Numbered from the stretch's first letter, positions 26,768-36,744 are shown. The stretch: DNA of 53,442 nt from an uncultured Desulfotignum sp. (GCA_937951975.1 CALGAJ010000053.1:1-53442), one strand, 5' to 3'. The notes: generated from the sequence alone by a model not told the origin. Numbers and translations are program-made.

Positions 26768-27748
26768 ATGAAACGATTACTGGTATTGGCAATCACGGCA
26801 TTTTTCGGCATGGTTCTTTTCTTCGGGTCCGCCCCGGTACAGGCGGAACAGACCTTTGTCACCATCGGAACCGGCGGGGTCACAGGGGTTTATTATCCCA
26901 CCGGCGGCGCCATCGCCCGGCTGGTGAACAAAGACAGAAAAGTGCATGGTATCCGATGCTCGGTGGAGAGTACCGGGGGCTCCGTTTACAACCTGAACAC
27001 CATCCGGGCCGGTGAGCTGGATATGGCAGTGGCCCAGTCCGACTGGCAGTATCATGCCTATCACGGCACCAAAGGGACCCCGTTTGAAGCTGCCGGTCCG
27101 GACAAGGACCTGCGGGCCGTATTTTCCGTACATCCTGAGCCGTTTACTGTGGTAGCCAGAAAAGATTCCGGCATCAAGACCTTTACAGACCTGAAAGGCA
27201 AACGCGTTAACGTGGGAAATCCGGGTTCCGGACAGCGGGGCACCATGGAAGTGGTCATGGAAGCGCTGGGATGGACCATGGACGATTTCAAACTGGCGTC
27301 CGAGCTGAAACCCGCAGAACAGTCCGCTGCGTTGTGCGACAACAAAATTGATACCATCATCTACACCGTGGGCCATCCCTCCGGCTCCATCCAGGAAGCC
27401 ACCACTTCCTGTGACTCCATCCTGGTGCCGGTAGAGGGTCCTGCCATTGACAAACTGGTGGCGGAAAACGCCTATTACCGGAAAGCCACCATTCCCGGCG
27501 GCATGTACCGGGGCACGGATACCGATACCCTGACGTTTGGTGTGGGCGCGACCTTTGTTTCTTCCGCCAAGGTGCCGGAAGAGGTGATCTATCAAGTGGT
27601 AAAAGCTGTGTTTGACAATTTTGACCAGTTCAAAAAACTGCATCCCGCTTTTGAAGTGCTCAAAAAAGAAGAAATGATCAAAGACGGCTTGTCAGCGCCT
27701 TTGCATGACGGTGCCGTCAAATACTACAAAGAAGCCGGCCTGATGTAA
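26768..27748 (+). CDS. TAXI-family TRAP solute-binding protein
   Basis: signal peptide, [54 protein letters not shown]. Confidence 0.95.
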   Translation: MKRLLVLAITAFFGMVLFFGSAPVQAEQTFVTIGTGGVTGVYYPTGGAIARLVNKDRKVHGIRCSVESTGGSVYNLNTIRAGELDMAVAQSDWQYHAYHGTKGTPFEAAGPDKDLRAVFSVHPEPFTVVARKDSGIKTFTDLKGKRVNVGNPGSGQRGTMEVVMEALGWTMDDFKLASELKPAEQSAALCDNKIDTIIYTVGHPSGSIQEATTSCDSILVPVEGPAIDKLVAENAYYRKATIPGGMYRGTDTDTLTFGVGATFVSSAKVPEEVIYQVVKAVFDNFDQFKKLHPAFEVLKKEEMIKDGLSAPLHDGAVKYYKEAGLM

Positions 27749-27768
27749 TTCATTGTCGGATCTGACAG

Positions 27769-27806
27769 ACAAACGTGCAGCGCCGTTATCCGCGCTGCAC
27801 GTTTGT
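27769..27806 (+). terminator. intercistronic stem-loop after the TAXI binding-protein gene
   Basis: 15-bp perfect stem ACAAACGTGCAGCGC/GCGCTGCACGTTTGT followed by T-rich sequence. Confidence 0.6.
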
Positions 27807-27856
27807 TTCTGTCTTTGTGCGGTACAATCCTTAATTTCCGAGGAGGCCTTGTCACC

Positions 27857-30445
27857 ATGACTGCTGCCAAAAAGCAAGCCGTGCCGGATGATGTGCAGGA
27901 CTTTGTGGCTGAGGTGGAATCCGGTGCCAGAAATCCGGTGGGTGCGGTTCCAAAAAAGATTCTGTTCTTCGTCCCTCTGATCTGGACCCTGTTTCAGCTC
28001 TGGTATGCATCTCCGCTGCCGTTCATATTGAACATTTTTGTGATCAACGATACGGAAGCCCGTTCCATTCATCTGGCATTCGCCATGTTTTTATCCTATA
28101 CCGCCTATCCGACATTCAAATCGTCGCCCCGGGAATATATTCCCATACAGGACTGGTTTCTGGCGCTGGTGGCCGCTTTTTGTTCAGCTTATCTGTTTAT
28201 TTTTTACGAGCAGATGTCATCCCGGCCCGGACTTCCCACCACCCTGGATCTGGTGGTGGGCGTGACCGGGTTGTTACTGCTGCTGGAAGCCACAAGGCGG
28301 GCCCTGGGGCCGCCGCTGATGATCGTGGCGCTGGTGTTTCTCACGTACACGTTTTTCGGGCCTTACATGCCGGAAGTCATCGCCCATAAGGGCGCCAGTC
28401 TGGTCAAGGGTATGTCCCATTACTGGCTGTCCACCGAAGGGGTGTTCGGTGTGGCACTGGGGGTGTCCACGGGCATGGTGTTCATGTTTGTGCTGTTCGG
28501 CTCCCTGCTGGAATCGGCCGGGGCGGGCAACTATTTCATCCGTACCGCTTATGCCGGCTTAGGCCATATGCGCGGCGGCCCGGCCAAGGCGGCGGTGGTG
28601 TCATCCGGTCTGACCGGGCTGGTGTCCGGATCTTCCATCGCCAACGTGGTCACCACCGGGACGTTTACCATCCCATTGATGAAAAAAGTGGGATTTCCCG
28701 CGGAAAAAGCCGGCGCCGTGGAGGTGGCCGCTTCCACCAACGGTCAGCTCACCCCGCCGGTCATGGGGGCCGCCGCCTTTCTCATGGTGGAATATGTGGG
28801 CATCTCCTATGTGGAGGTGATCAAGCATGCGTTTCTCCCGGCCATCATCTCCTATATCGCTTTGGTGTATATCGTCCATCTTGAGGCCTGCAAGATGGGC
28901 CTCAAAGGTATGGAAAAACCGGTGACCCGGACGGTGGCCGGCAAACTGCTGTCTTTTGTGCTTACCATTTTAACCCTGATTATTATCGGCGGGGCCACGT
29001 ATTACGGCATCGGGTGGATCAAGACCGTGGCAGGCGATGCAGCCATCTATCTGGTGGGACTGCTGATCGTGGTGGCTTATGTTGTATTGATCTGGCTGGC
29101 CTGCCAGGTGCCGGAGCTGGAATATACCCATAATATCACCGAGCTGCCCCGGCTCAGAGAAACGGCCCAGGCCGGGTATTATTTTCTGCTGCCCATTGTG
29201 GTGCTCATGTGGTGTCTGACAGTGGAACGGCTCTCCCCGTCCCTGTCCGCCTATTATGCCACGGTGGTGCTGATTTTCATCGTTCTGACCCAGCGGCCGC
29301 TGAAAGGCATCATCCGGAAAAACAGCGCGCCGGAGTTTGCCTTCAAGATGGGCTGGGACAACCTGATTGCCGGCATGGTGGCCGGCGCCAGAAACATGAT
29401 CGGCATCGGTGTGGCCACAGCGGCCGCCGGCATTGTGGTGGGAACTGTGACGCTCACCGGCATCGGCCTGGTCATGACCGCATTTGTGGAGTTCATTTCC
29501 GGCGGCAACCTGCTGCTTATCCTTTTTTTCACTGCCGTCATCAGCCTGCTTTTGGGCATGGGGCTTCCCACCACGGCCAACTACATTGTGGTGTCCACCC
29601 TGATGGCGCCGGTAATTGTGCATCTGGGCGCATTGAACGGACTGGTGGTACCGTTGATCGCCGTGCATCTGTTCGTGTTTTATTTCGGCATCCTGGCGGA
29701 CGACACTCCGCCGGTGGGGCTGGCCGCATTTGCCGCAGCCGGTATATCCGGAGGGGATCCCATCCGCACCGGTATCCAGGGGTTCACCTATGATATCCGG
29801 ACCGCTGTGCTGCCGTTTTTCTTTATTTTCAACAATGAACTGCTCATGATCGGGATCCGGGACTGGTTTCATCTGGGTATGGTCATTTTATCGGCCGTGG
29901 CCGCCATGCTGGTTTTCGGGGCTGCCACCCAGGGATACTGGATCACTAAAAGCCGGTTTTACGAGTCCCTGGCCCTGCTTCTGGTGACCTTCACCCTGCT
30001 GCGGCCCGGATTTTTCTGGGACAAAGTGTATGAGCCGTATCATGAAGAACCCGGCACCTACCTGATGGAGGCCATGGAAAAACAGGATGAAAACACCATG
30101 ATCCGGCTGATGATCAAAGGGGAAACCCTGAGCGGCGATGAATTTACCAAGGCCCTGATGCTGCCGGTGGGAAAGGAAGGCCCGCCTGAAGAACGGCTCA
30201 GAGAAGTCGGGTTTGAAGTGATTGAAGATGATGGGAAAATGATCGTGGACAACATCATGTTCGGCAGCAATGCCGAGCGTATGGGCATCGATTTTGACCA
30301 GGAGATCCTCACCGTGATGGTGGAATCGGACCGGCCTCCCAAGCAGCTGATGTTTATTCCGGCTTTGGCGTTACTGGGTCTGATTTACTTTTTACAGAAA
30401 CGCCGGCAGACCCCGGAAGAAGCATCCCGGCTTAAAATCGATTAG
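27857..30445 (+). CDS. TRAP transporter fused permease (DctQM 4TM/12TM)
   Basis: GGPAKAAV, SGSSIANVVTTGTFTIPLMK, PPVMGAAAF, LGMGLPTTANY, ADDTPPV; AGGAGG RBS. Confidence 0.94.
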   Translation: MTAAKKQAVPDDVQDFVAEVESGARNPVGAVPKKILFFVPLIWTLFQLWYASPLPFILNIFVINDTEARSIHLAFAMFLSYTAYPTFKSSPREYIPIQDWFLALVAAFCSAYLFIFYEQMSSRPGLPTTLDLVVGVTGLLLLLEATRRALGPPLMIVALVFLTYTFFGPYMPEVIAHKGASLVKGMSHYWLSTEGVFGVALGVSTGMVFMFVLFGSLLESAGAGNYFIRTAYAGLGHMRGGPAKAAVVSSGLTGLVSGSSIANVVTTGTFTIPLMKKVGFPAEKAGAVEVAASTNGQLTPPVMGAAAFLMVEYVGISYVEVIKHAFLPAIISYIALVYIVHLEACKMGLKGMEKPVTRTVAGKLLSFVLTILTLIIIGGATYYGIGWIKTVAGDAAIYLVGLLIVVAYVVLIWLACQVPELEYTHNITELPRLRETAQAGYYFLLPIVVLMWCLTVERLSPSLSAYYATVVLIFIVLTQRPLKGIIRKNSAPEFAFKMGWDNLIAGMVAGARNMIGIGVATAAAGIVVGTVTLTGIGLVMTAFVEFISGGNLLLILFFTAVISLLLGMGLPTTANYIVVSTLMAPVIVHLGALNGLVVPLIAVHLFVFYFGILADDTPPVGLAAFAAAGISGGDPIRTGIQGFTYDIRTAVLPFFFIFNNELLMIGIRDWFHLGMVILSAVAAMLVFGAATQGYWITKSRFYESLALLLVTFTLLRPGFFWDKVYEPYHEEPGTYLMEAMEKQDENTMIRLMIKGETLSGDEFTKALMLPVGKEGPPEERLREVGFEVIEDDGKMIVDNIMFGSNAERMGIDFDQEILTVMVESDRPPKQLMFIPALALLGLIYFLQKRRQTPEEASRLKID

Positions 30446-30454
30446 GGGGAGTTT

Positions 30455-30892
30455 ATGTTCAATAAAATACTGGTGCCCGTGGATATCGATTATCCCAAAG
30501 CGTCCAAAGCGGTGTATGATAATGCGGCGGAACTGGCTTCCCTGAGCGGTGCCCAGATCCGTATTGTGTCGGTGATGCCCGGATTCACCATGCCCATTGT
30601 GGCCTCGTTTGTCACCGAAGAGATCAAAAAGGAAGCCCGGGCTCATTTTCAGAAAGCTTTGGATGAATTTGTGGCGGCAAACTGCAAAGGGGCCAATGTC
30701 TCGCATAAAATACTGGTGGGCAAGCATTACGAGCAGATTCTGAAAATGGCGGACAAATGGGGGGCGGATCTGATCGTGGTATACCACAACCGCAGCCGGA
30801 CCGTGAACGAGGCATTTTCCAGCACTTGTGCCCAACGGGTGGTCAAGGAAGCCAACTGCTCGGTCCTGCGGCTGCGCAACCTGCTTAAATGA
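30455..30892 (+). CDS. universal stress protein (TRAP-associated)
   Basis: MFNKILVPVD, ADLIVV, AQRVVKEANCSVL. Confidence 0.88.
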   Translation: MFNKILVPVDIDYPKASKAVYDNAAELASLSGAQIRIVSVMPGFTMPIVASFVTEEIKKEARAHFQKALDEFVAANCKGANVSHKILVGKHYEQILKMADKWGADLIVVYHNRSRTVNEAFSSTCAQRVVKEANCSVLRLRNLLK

Positions 30893-30908
30893 TCCGTTAT
30901 GTTCTGAA

Positions 30909-32897
30909 ATGACCCGCGCCGTTCCGGTATCCTGTCCCATGGACTGTTTTGATCTGTGCCGGTTTCAGGTCACGATTGACGGAAACCGGATCATGGATAT
31001 CAAGGGGGATCCGGATCATCCGTTGACCCGGGGCGTGATCTGTTCCAAGGGCCGGGACCTGATACAAAGACATGCCAGTTCTGAGCGGCTGCGGTATCCC
31101 ATGGTCCGGCGCAAATCCGGGTTTGTACGTACAACTTACGCTGAGGTTCTTGACCGCGTTGCCGCCACCCTGGCATCTGTCCATGACCGATGGGGGCCCA
31201 CCGGGGTGCTCAACTATACCAGCGATGGATACGGGGGTGTTAAAAGCCGGATCCAGTCCATTTTTTTCAACTGCCTGGGCGGAGATACACGGTTTTCCGG
31301 CAGCCTGTGCTGGGGCGCGGGCATGGCGGCCCAGACCTTTGATTTCGGGGATGTCCGGGGTCATCTGCCCGGAGATGTTCTCAACTCCGATCTGGTCATT
31401 GTGTGGGGACGAAATCCCAAAGCCACCAGCCTGCATTTTTACACCCTGCTCAAACAGGCTGAAAAAAATCACACCCGCATTGTTGTCATCGATCCCATCC
31501 GCTCCGACACAGCCAAAGCCATCAGCACCCATGTGGCGGTGAAACCAGGGACCGACGGTGCGCTGGCTTTGTCCATGGCCCATGTGGTCATCCAGGAAAA
31601 TCTGTTTGATCCGGAATTTGTCGAAAATCATGTGCTGGGATTTGATGCATTCCAAAGGCATGTCCAGGCATTTGAACCGGAAACCGGAGCCGGGATCACC
31701 GGGGTTTCCGCAGCCGTCATCCGGAAACTGGCCCGGGATTATGCCACAGCCCGGGCCCCGGGGATCTGGATGGGATACGGTATGCAGCGGTATGCCAACG
31801 GCGGTAACGCGGTGCGAAGCATCGATGCCCTGGCAGCGGTGTGCGGCCATGTGGGCAGACCCGGCACCGGGGCCAATTACGCGTCCAGGTCCCTGGCCCC
31901 GCTGTTGAACCGGCCGGAAAAAAACAGTCTGGCCCGGGTGAAACACACCCGGACTTTTCCAGCCCCCATGCTGGGACATTTTTTACAGACCGTGGATAAT
32001 CCTCCCATTGCCGCAGCGTTTGTGGCCGGCGGCAATCCCTTGACACAGAGTCCGGATCTGGCAGCAGTGGTCTCAGGATTTGACCGGATCCCCTTCAAGG
32101 TGGTGTTTGACCATTTCATGACAGATACGGCCCGGCATGGGGATCTGGTGCTGCCTGCCGCCACCGTGTTCGAGCAGGAAGATATCTTTGCCACCTCCAT
32201 GTACTCCCATGTACTCAACTATTCACACAAAGCGGTGGACCCGCCGGATACCCTGATGCCGGAAACTGATTTTTATCTGGCCCTGGCAGAGCACATGGGC
32301 ATCGATACGCTGGGATTTTCTTCTTCCCGGGAATACCTGGACCAATGTGCGGCCCCGCTGCTGGAAAGCTTAGGAAAAGAACCGGACACGGATCTGGAGG
32401 CCCTTGCCAATGAATACCTGCGCATTCCCGGTCATGACATCCCCTGGACAGATAAAAGATTTGCCACCCCGTCTCAGAAAATCGAAATTTTCAGCCGAAC
32501 CGCTGAAGCTGCCGGGCAATCGCCTTTGCCTTGTTTCGTAACCCCCTCCCAGGGGGAAGATCGGTTTCCTTTGCGGCTGCTCACCTGCAAAACCCAGCGG
32601 TCCATGCATTCACAAGGGTTTGTGTTTGAAGACCGGGAACCGGCCGTGTCTGTGAACCGGAGAACTGCACGGGACCTTGGCATCTTTGGACTAAAAAAGG
32701 TGTGTGTCGCCACCCGGCAGGGGAAGGTGGCCGCCCGGCTGATTCTGGATGAGACGGTGTGTGACGGCACCGCTTTCATGCACCAGGGATGGTGGCATAA
32801 AAGCGGTGCCGTGAATTTTCTTACCCGGGCCGGCCTGTCGGACATGGGGGAACAGGCCGCATTTTACGATACGTTCTGCACCCTGTCATCCCTTTAA
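30909..32897 (+). CDS. cytoplasmic molybdopterin (bis-MGD) oxidoreductase with N-terminal 4Fe-4S cluster
   Basis: CPMDCFDLC..GDPDHPLTRGVICSKG, GSLCWGAG, IVWGRNP, IDP, KPGTDGALAL, FMTDTARHGDLVLPA; no Tat signal. Confidence 0.9.
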   Translation: MTRAVPVSCPMDCFDLCRFQVTIDGNRIMDIKGDPDHPLTRGVICSKGRDLIQRHASSERLRYPMVRRKSGFVRTTYAEVLDRVAATLASVHDRWGPTGVLNYTSDGYGGVKSRIQSIFFNCLGGDTRFSGSLCWGAGMAAQTFDFGDVRGHLPGDVLNSDLVIVWGRNPKATSLHFYTLLKQAEKNHTRIVVIDPIRSDTAKAISTHVAVKPGTDGALALSMAHVVIQENLFDPEFVENHVLGFDAFQRHVQAFEPETGAGITGVSAAVIRKLARDYATARAPGIWMGYGMQRYANGGNAVRSIDALAAVCGHVGRPGTGANYASRSLAPLLNRPEKNSLARVKHTRTFPAPMLGHFLQTVDNPPIAAAFVAGGNPLTQSPDLAAVVSGFDRIPFKVVFDHFMTDTARHGDLVLPAATVFEQEDIFATSMYSHVLNYSHKAVDPPDTLMPETDFYLALAEHMGIDTLGFSSSREYLDQCAAPLLESLGKEPDTDLEALANEYLRIPGHDIPWTDKRFATPSQKIEIFSRTAEAAGQSPLPCFVTPSQGEDRFPLRLLTCKTQRSMHSQGFVFEDREPAVSVNRRTARDLGIFGLKKVCVATRQGKVAARLILDETVCDGTAFMHQGWWHKSGAVNFLTRAGLSDMGEQAAFYDTFCTLSSL

Positions 32898-32936
32898 AAC
32901 AGCGTGCATGATTTCAAAGCCGACACATGGGAAATC

Positions 32937-33383
32937 CTACTCCACCCGGTGCCAGGTCTGGGTTCGGAAAAGGAACAGAATGCTGGCCCGAACCTTGAGT
33001 TCATCCCCTTCCGCCCAGATTTTGCATTTATAGACTTTGCCGTTTTTAGGATCCAGAATGGTGCCGCCTGAATAGGCGTCCCCGTCCGGTTTCAGGTCCT
33101 GGAGAATCTCCATGCCCAGTGTGGGCTGGTCTTTTCTGGGATCATCCTCCGCACATTTGTCGCAGGTGGGATTTTGATTGGCATCCGGTTTCAGAAACAG
33201 CTCGATGATTTTGCCGTAATATTGCCCGTCTTTTTCAAAAATCTGGACAATGGCTTTGGGTTCATTGGTTTCATCATCAATGGTTTTCCATTTTCCGACA
33301 ATCGGTGCTTCCGCCAGGGCAGCGCCGGCGGTAAAACTGCAAAAAATCAAGATCATCAGGCTGAACAGACACAGTTTTTTCAT
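32937..33383 (-). CDS. DUF2147 exported protein
   Basis: signal peptide, GKWKTIDD, CDKC, LGMEIL, YSGGTILDPKNGKVYKC, RTQTWHR. Confidence 0.88.
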   Translation of the reverse strand: MKKLCLFSLMILIFCSFTAGAALAEAPIVGKWKTIDDETNEPKAIVQIFEKDGQYYGKIIELFLKPDANQNPTCDKCAEDDPRKDQPTLGMEILQDLKPDGDAYSGGTILDPKNGKVYKCKIWAEGDELKVRASILFLFRTQTWHRVE

Positions 33384-33537
33384 ACATTCCTCCCCAAAAT
33401 GGTAATAATCAAAAAACACAGGTGAACATTGTTATAGGATGTAGTCTTCTGTTTTTTTTCTGTCAAGTGAAAATATAGGAAAAAGTGACCAAGAAAGAAC
33501 ATTGAGAAACCGGCTCTGGAAACGTTTTTTCAGTTTG

Positions 33538-34179
33538 TCAGGTGAATCGCTCGAAAAATATCCTTGACTCAGAAAACTTATCGTCAACGATTTCTATGGC
33601 ATCCTGAATCATTTCACTTTTGCCGCACAAATAGAAGCGGTACTTGCCCTTCGGCAGCCGGGTTTTGAGAAAATCGGTGACGCGGCCATGAAAAACCGGA
33701 CCCGCATCTGCGGCCCGGCTGATACATGGCACATATTGCCGGCTGTTTGGCTCAAGCAGGTTCCGATAAATCAATTCATCCAAAGTTCTTGCTCCCTGAA
33801 GAAGGATGAATCCTGACACGCCGGATGCCGCATATGCGGCAAACGGGGCCACACCTGTGCCGGTTCCCACGAAAACAGCCATTGTTCCGGAAGGATGGTA
33901 CAGGAAATGGCCGTGGGGGCCGGAAATTTTGAAGTGTTTTCCTTCCGGGCACCGGGACAGGTAATCACTGAACCGGCTCCGGCCGGTTTTTCTGACACAG
34001 ATCCGGATACAGGAATCGCCTGCCGGAAAGACGGGTGTGTAATCTCTGTCAGTGTCCTCAAAGTCAAACCGGATATGCTGGCCCGGTAACCATGCAAGCC
34101 GGTCCGGTTTTGTGAACTCAAGCTCAAAGATGGTGTCTGTCAGCCATGTCCGCCGGATCAGTTGAATGATGAAAGGCAT
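33538..34179 (-). CDS. FNR-family FAD/NAD(P)-binding oxidoreductase
   Basis: PGQHI, RDYT, GRSRFSDYL, GPHGHF, GTGTGVAPF, GAR, GRVTD, FYLCG..MI, ERF; TAATG coupling to the upstream gene. Confidence 0.88.
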   Translation of the reverse strand: MPFIIQLIRRTWLTDTIFELEFTKPDRLAWLPGQHIRFDFEDTDRDYTPVFPAGDSCIRICVRKTGRSRFSDYLSRCPEGKHFKISGPHGHFLYHPSGTMAVFVGTGTGVAPFAAYAASGVSGFILLQGARTLDELIYRNLLEPNSRQYVPCISRAADAGPVFHGRVTDFLKTRLPKGKYRFYLCGKSEMIQDAIEIVDDKFSESRIFFERFT

Positions 34180-34754
34180 TATGGACGTTTCCACAACAAT
34201 TCTTTCACTTTATGCCGATGATTCAGGTACCTGGCGAGTATAAAAAAGTAATCAGACAGCCGGTTCAGGAAAACAAGGATATTTTCCATAGGTTCTGTGA
34301 TGGGTGATTCCGGGTTTTCCTGTCTGCACAGGGACAAAACAACACGTTCGACCCTTCGGCAGACGGTTCGTGCCATGTGGGCACTGGCGGCGGACCGGTG
34401 ACCCTGGGGCAGGATGAACTGCCTGAGTTCAGGGAGCTGGTTTGACATGCGGTCCATCGCGGATTCCAGATGTCCGGCCGGGGCATTGGTGAACGGGGTC
34501 AACGAATCTGCTGACGGAGAATCCGGTGTGGTGGCAATCCAGGCACCCGCATCCAGAAGCCAGGACTGAATCCTGTCAATATCTTTTTCCAGGATCGTGT
34601 CCGTGATCTCCCAATGGGCTTTGATGCTGCCGGTAAACGCATTCAGTTCATCAATTCCGCCGCAGGCATCAAGGCGCGGTTCTGATTTTAAAACACGTTC
34701 CCCACTGAACAGGCTGGTTCTGCCCTTGTCTCCGGTGCCGGTATATATTTTCAT
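34179..34754 (-). CDS. PduO-type ATP:cob(I)alamin adenosyltransferase
   Basis: KIYTGTGDKGRTSLFSG, GIDELN, FILPQG, AHMARTVCRRVER, LNRLSDYFFILAR. Confidence 0.93.
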   Translation of the reverse strand: MKIYTGTGDKGRTSLFSGERVLKSEPRLDACGGIDELNAFTGSIKAHWEITDTILEKDIDRIQSWLLDAGAWIATTPDSPSADSLTPFTNAPAGHLESAMDRMSNQLPELRQFILPQGHRSAASAHMARTVCRRVERVVLSLCRQENPESPITEPMENILVFLNRLSDYFFILARYLNHRHKVKELLWKRP

Positions 34755-34969
34755 ACTCAATTCTCCAAAACGGTCATGACATTGATATATGTTGACGGGA
34801 AATTAATCAATTTATACCAAGTCTTCAAGAATTTTTCAGCTTCTCCGGATATTTTAGATAAAATTAGGCATTAATTGCTAAAAAATTAAAAAAAAATCTT
34901 AATAAAGGGTTTATTTGGAATAATATGTCATTAAAAAGAAAAAACTCCTTATAAAATTAAAAAATATGC

Positions 34970-34999
34970 TTGACAGACAAACCGGGATCTGGTTAGGTT
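34970..34999 (+). promoter_or_regulatory. sigma70 promoter of the aminomutase operon in an AT-rich intergenic region
   Basis: TTGACA at 34970, TAGGTT at 34994; A/T tracts upstream. Confidence 0.5.
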
Positions 35000-35098
35000 T
35001 ACATCAGGGAAAATTTGAGAGTGGATCAATCCGGAACCTGAAAACATTTCCCTGCAGATAACCATCACAGCCAACCATATAATCCTTAGGAGGACGCT

Positions 35099-36721
35099 AT
35101 GCCGATCAAAGACAATCGCCTTATTCTGGACGGGTACACCTTGACCATTGAAGAACTGATGCAGGCAGGTCATGACCTGTCCATGCAGGTGGAAGTCAAG
35201 GAGGGCAACTGGCCCAAAATCCGGGACTGCCGGAAGATGGTGGATACCTGGGCCAATGAGGAGCGCTGTATTTACGGGGTGAACACCAGCTGCGGCGGGC
35301 TGGTGGACCATCTGCTGCCCAAGGAGCGGGACAACGATTTTCAGAAAAATTTGGTCAGAAGCATCACCACCCAGGTGGGCCAACCCTTTGAAGACGAACT
35401 GGTGCGAATTTTCATGATCGCCCGGGCCAATTCCCTGTGCCGGGGATATTCCGGGATCAAGGAAAAAAACCTTAAAATTTACCTGGACATGATCAACAAG
35501 CAGGTGTTTCCACTGGTTCCCCGGAAAGGGTCCCTGGGCACCAGCGGGGATCTGGGACCCCTGGGGTGCATCGCCGCTGTGGGTTTTGGCGAATGGAAAG
35601 CCCGGTACAAAGGGGAAGTCATGCCCGGCAAGGCCGCCATGGACGCGGCCGGTGTGGAGCTCATGCATCTGAATGCCAAGGAAGGGCTGTCCCTGATCAA
35701 CGGCACCTCCGCCATGGTGGGCCTGGCCTGCACCGTGATCACCGAGGCCACCAACACCTTGAAAAACTCGGACATCATTGCCGCGTTCGCCATTGAAACC
35801 CTGATGGGCCGGATCAATCCCTTTGACGTCCGGGTCCATGAGCAGAAATACCATCCCGGCCAGTATGCCACGGCCATGAACCTGACCAAACTGCTCATCG
35901 GATCGGAACTGGCCATTGACGAACTGGAGCTGTCCCTCAAACTCCAGGCCGTGCTCAAAAAACACGAAGGCATTTCCGTGGCCGACATTCCCGTGGAAGA
36001 TGCCTACTCCATCCGGTGCACGCCCCAGTTCGTGGGACCCACCAAGGAAGCGGTGAACCATGCCCACGAAGTGCTGCTCAGGGAGTTGAACTCCAGCAAT
36101 GACAACCCGCTGATCTTCACTGAATTCGACACTTTTATCCATAACGGCCACTTCCATGGCCAGCCCATCTCCTTTGCCATGGACTGCTTAGGCATTTCCA
36201 TGGTCACCCTGGGCGTGGTGTCCGACCGCCGCATCGACCGGTTCATGGATGCGGCCCACAGCACCGGGCTGCCGCCGTTTTTGTGCAAGGAAGACACCGG
36301 GGTCCGCATGGGGCTGATGGGCGGTCAGTTCATGACCACATCGCTGGTGGCGGAAAACCGGACCCTGGCGGTGCCGGCCTCCATCCAGTCCATCACCTCC
36401 ACGGCGGATTTTCAGGATATCGTCAGTTTCGGCCTGATCGCGGGCAGAAAAGCGCGAAAAATCGTGGAAAACACCAACCATATTCTGTCATTTGAACTGC
36501 TGTGCGCAGCCCAGGCAGCCGATCTGCGGGGACCGGAAAAACTGAGCCCCGCCGGAAAGATCATGTATGACGCGGTGCGTGAAACCCTGGCTTACATGGG
36601 CAAGGACAAAGTGTACATTGACGATATGGAGAAGCTCAAGTCCCGGATCGAATCCGGGGAGTTCGTGAAAAGAGTGGAAGATGCGGTGGGAGAACTGCTC
36701 ATTGTTCATAAAAGAGATTAG
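35099..36721 (+). CDS. MIO-dependent aromatic amino acid 2,3-aminomutase/ammonia-lyase (AdmH/EncP-like)
   Basis: IYGVNTSCGG, GSLGTSGDLGPL (TSG MIO), KEGLSLINGTSAM, EDAYSIRCTPQ, NSSNDNP, HNGHFHGQ, GLMGGQFM, DFQDIVSFG. Confidence 0.9.
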   Translation: MPIKDNRLILDGYTLTIEELMQAGHDLSMQVEVKEGNWPKIRDCRKMVDTWANEERCIYGVNTSCGGLVDHLLPKERDNDFQKNLVRSITTQVGQPFEDELVRIFMIARANSLCRGYSGIKEKNLKIYLDMINKQVFPLVPRKGSLGTSGDLGPLGCIAAVGFGEWKARYKGEVMPGKAAMDAAGVELMHLNAKEGLSLINGTSAMVGLACTVITEATNTLKNSDIIAAFAIETLMGRINPFDVRVHEQKYHPGQYATAMNLTKLLIGSELAIDELELSLKLQAVLKKHEGISVADIPVEDAYSIRCTPQFVGPTKEAVNHAHEVLLRELNSSNDNPLIFTEFDTFIHNGHFHGQPISFAMDCLGISMVTLGVVSDRRIDRFMDAAHSTGLPPFLCKEDTGVRMGLMGGQFMTTSLVAENRTLAVPASIQSITSTADFQDIVSFGLIAGRKARKIVENTNHILSFELLCAAQAADLRGPEKLSPAGKIMYDAVRETLAYMGKDKVYIDDMEKLKSRIESGEFVKRVEDAVGELLIVHKRD

Positions 36722-36744
36722 GAAATGATAGGGGGGGAGGAATT

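Noticed and set aside
34949-36157. 402-aa minus-strand ORF (likewise 20689-21714, 30897-31979, 28970-29872, 26777-27643)
   Set aside because: Antisense shadows of clearly identified genes
35099-36721. Annotation as histidine ammonia-lyase (hutH)
   Set aside because: TSG triad, no Ser-His specificity pair, and no hutU/hutI/hutG nearby
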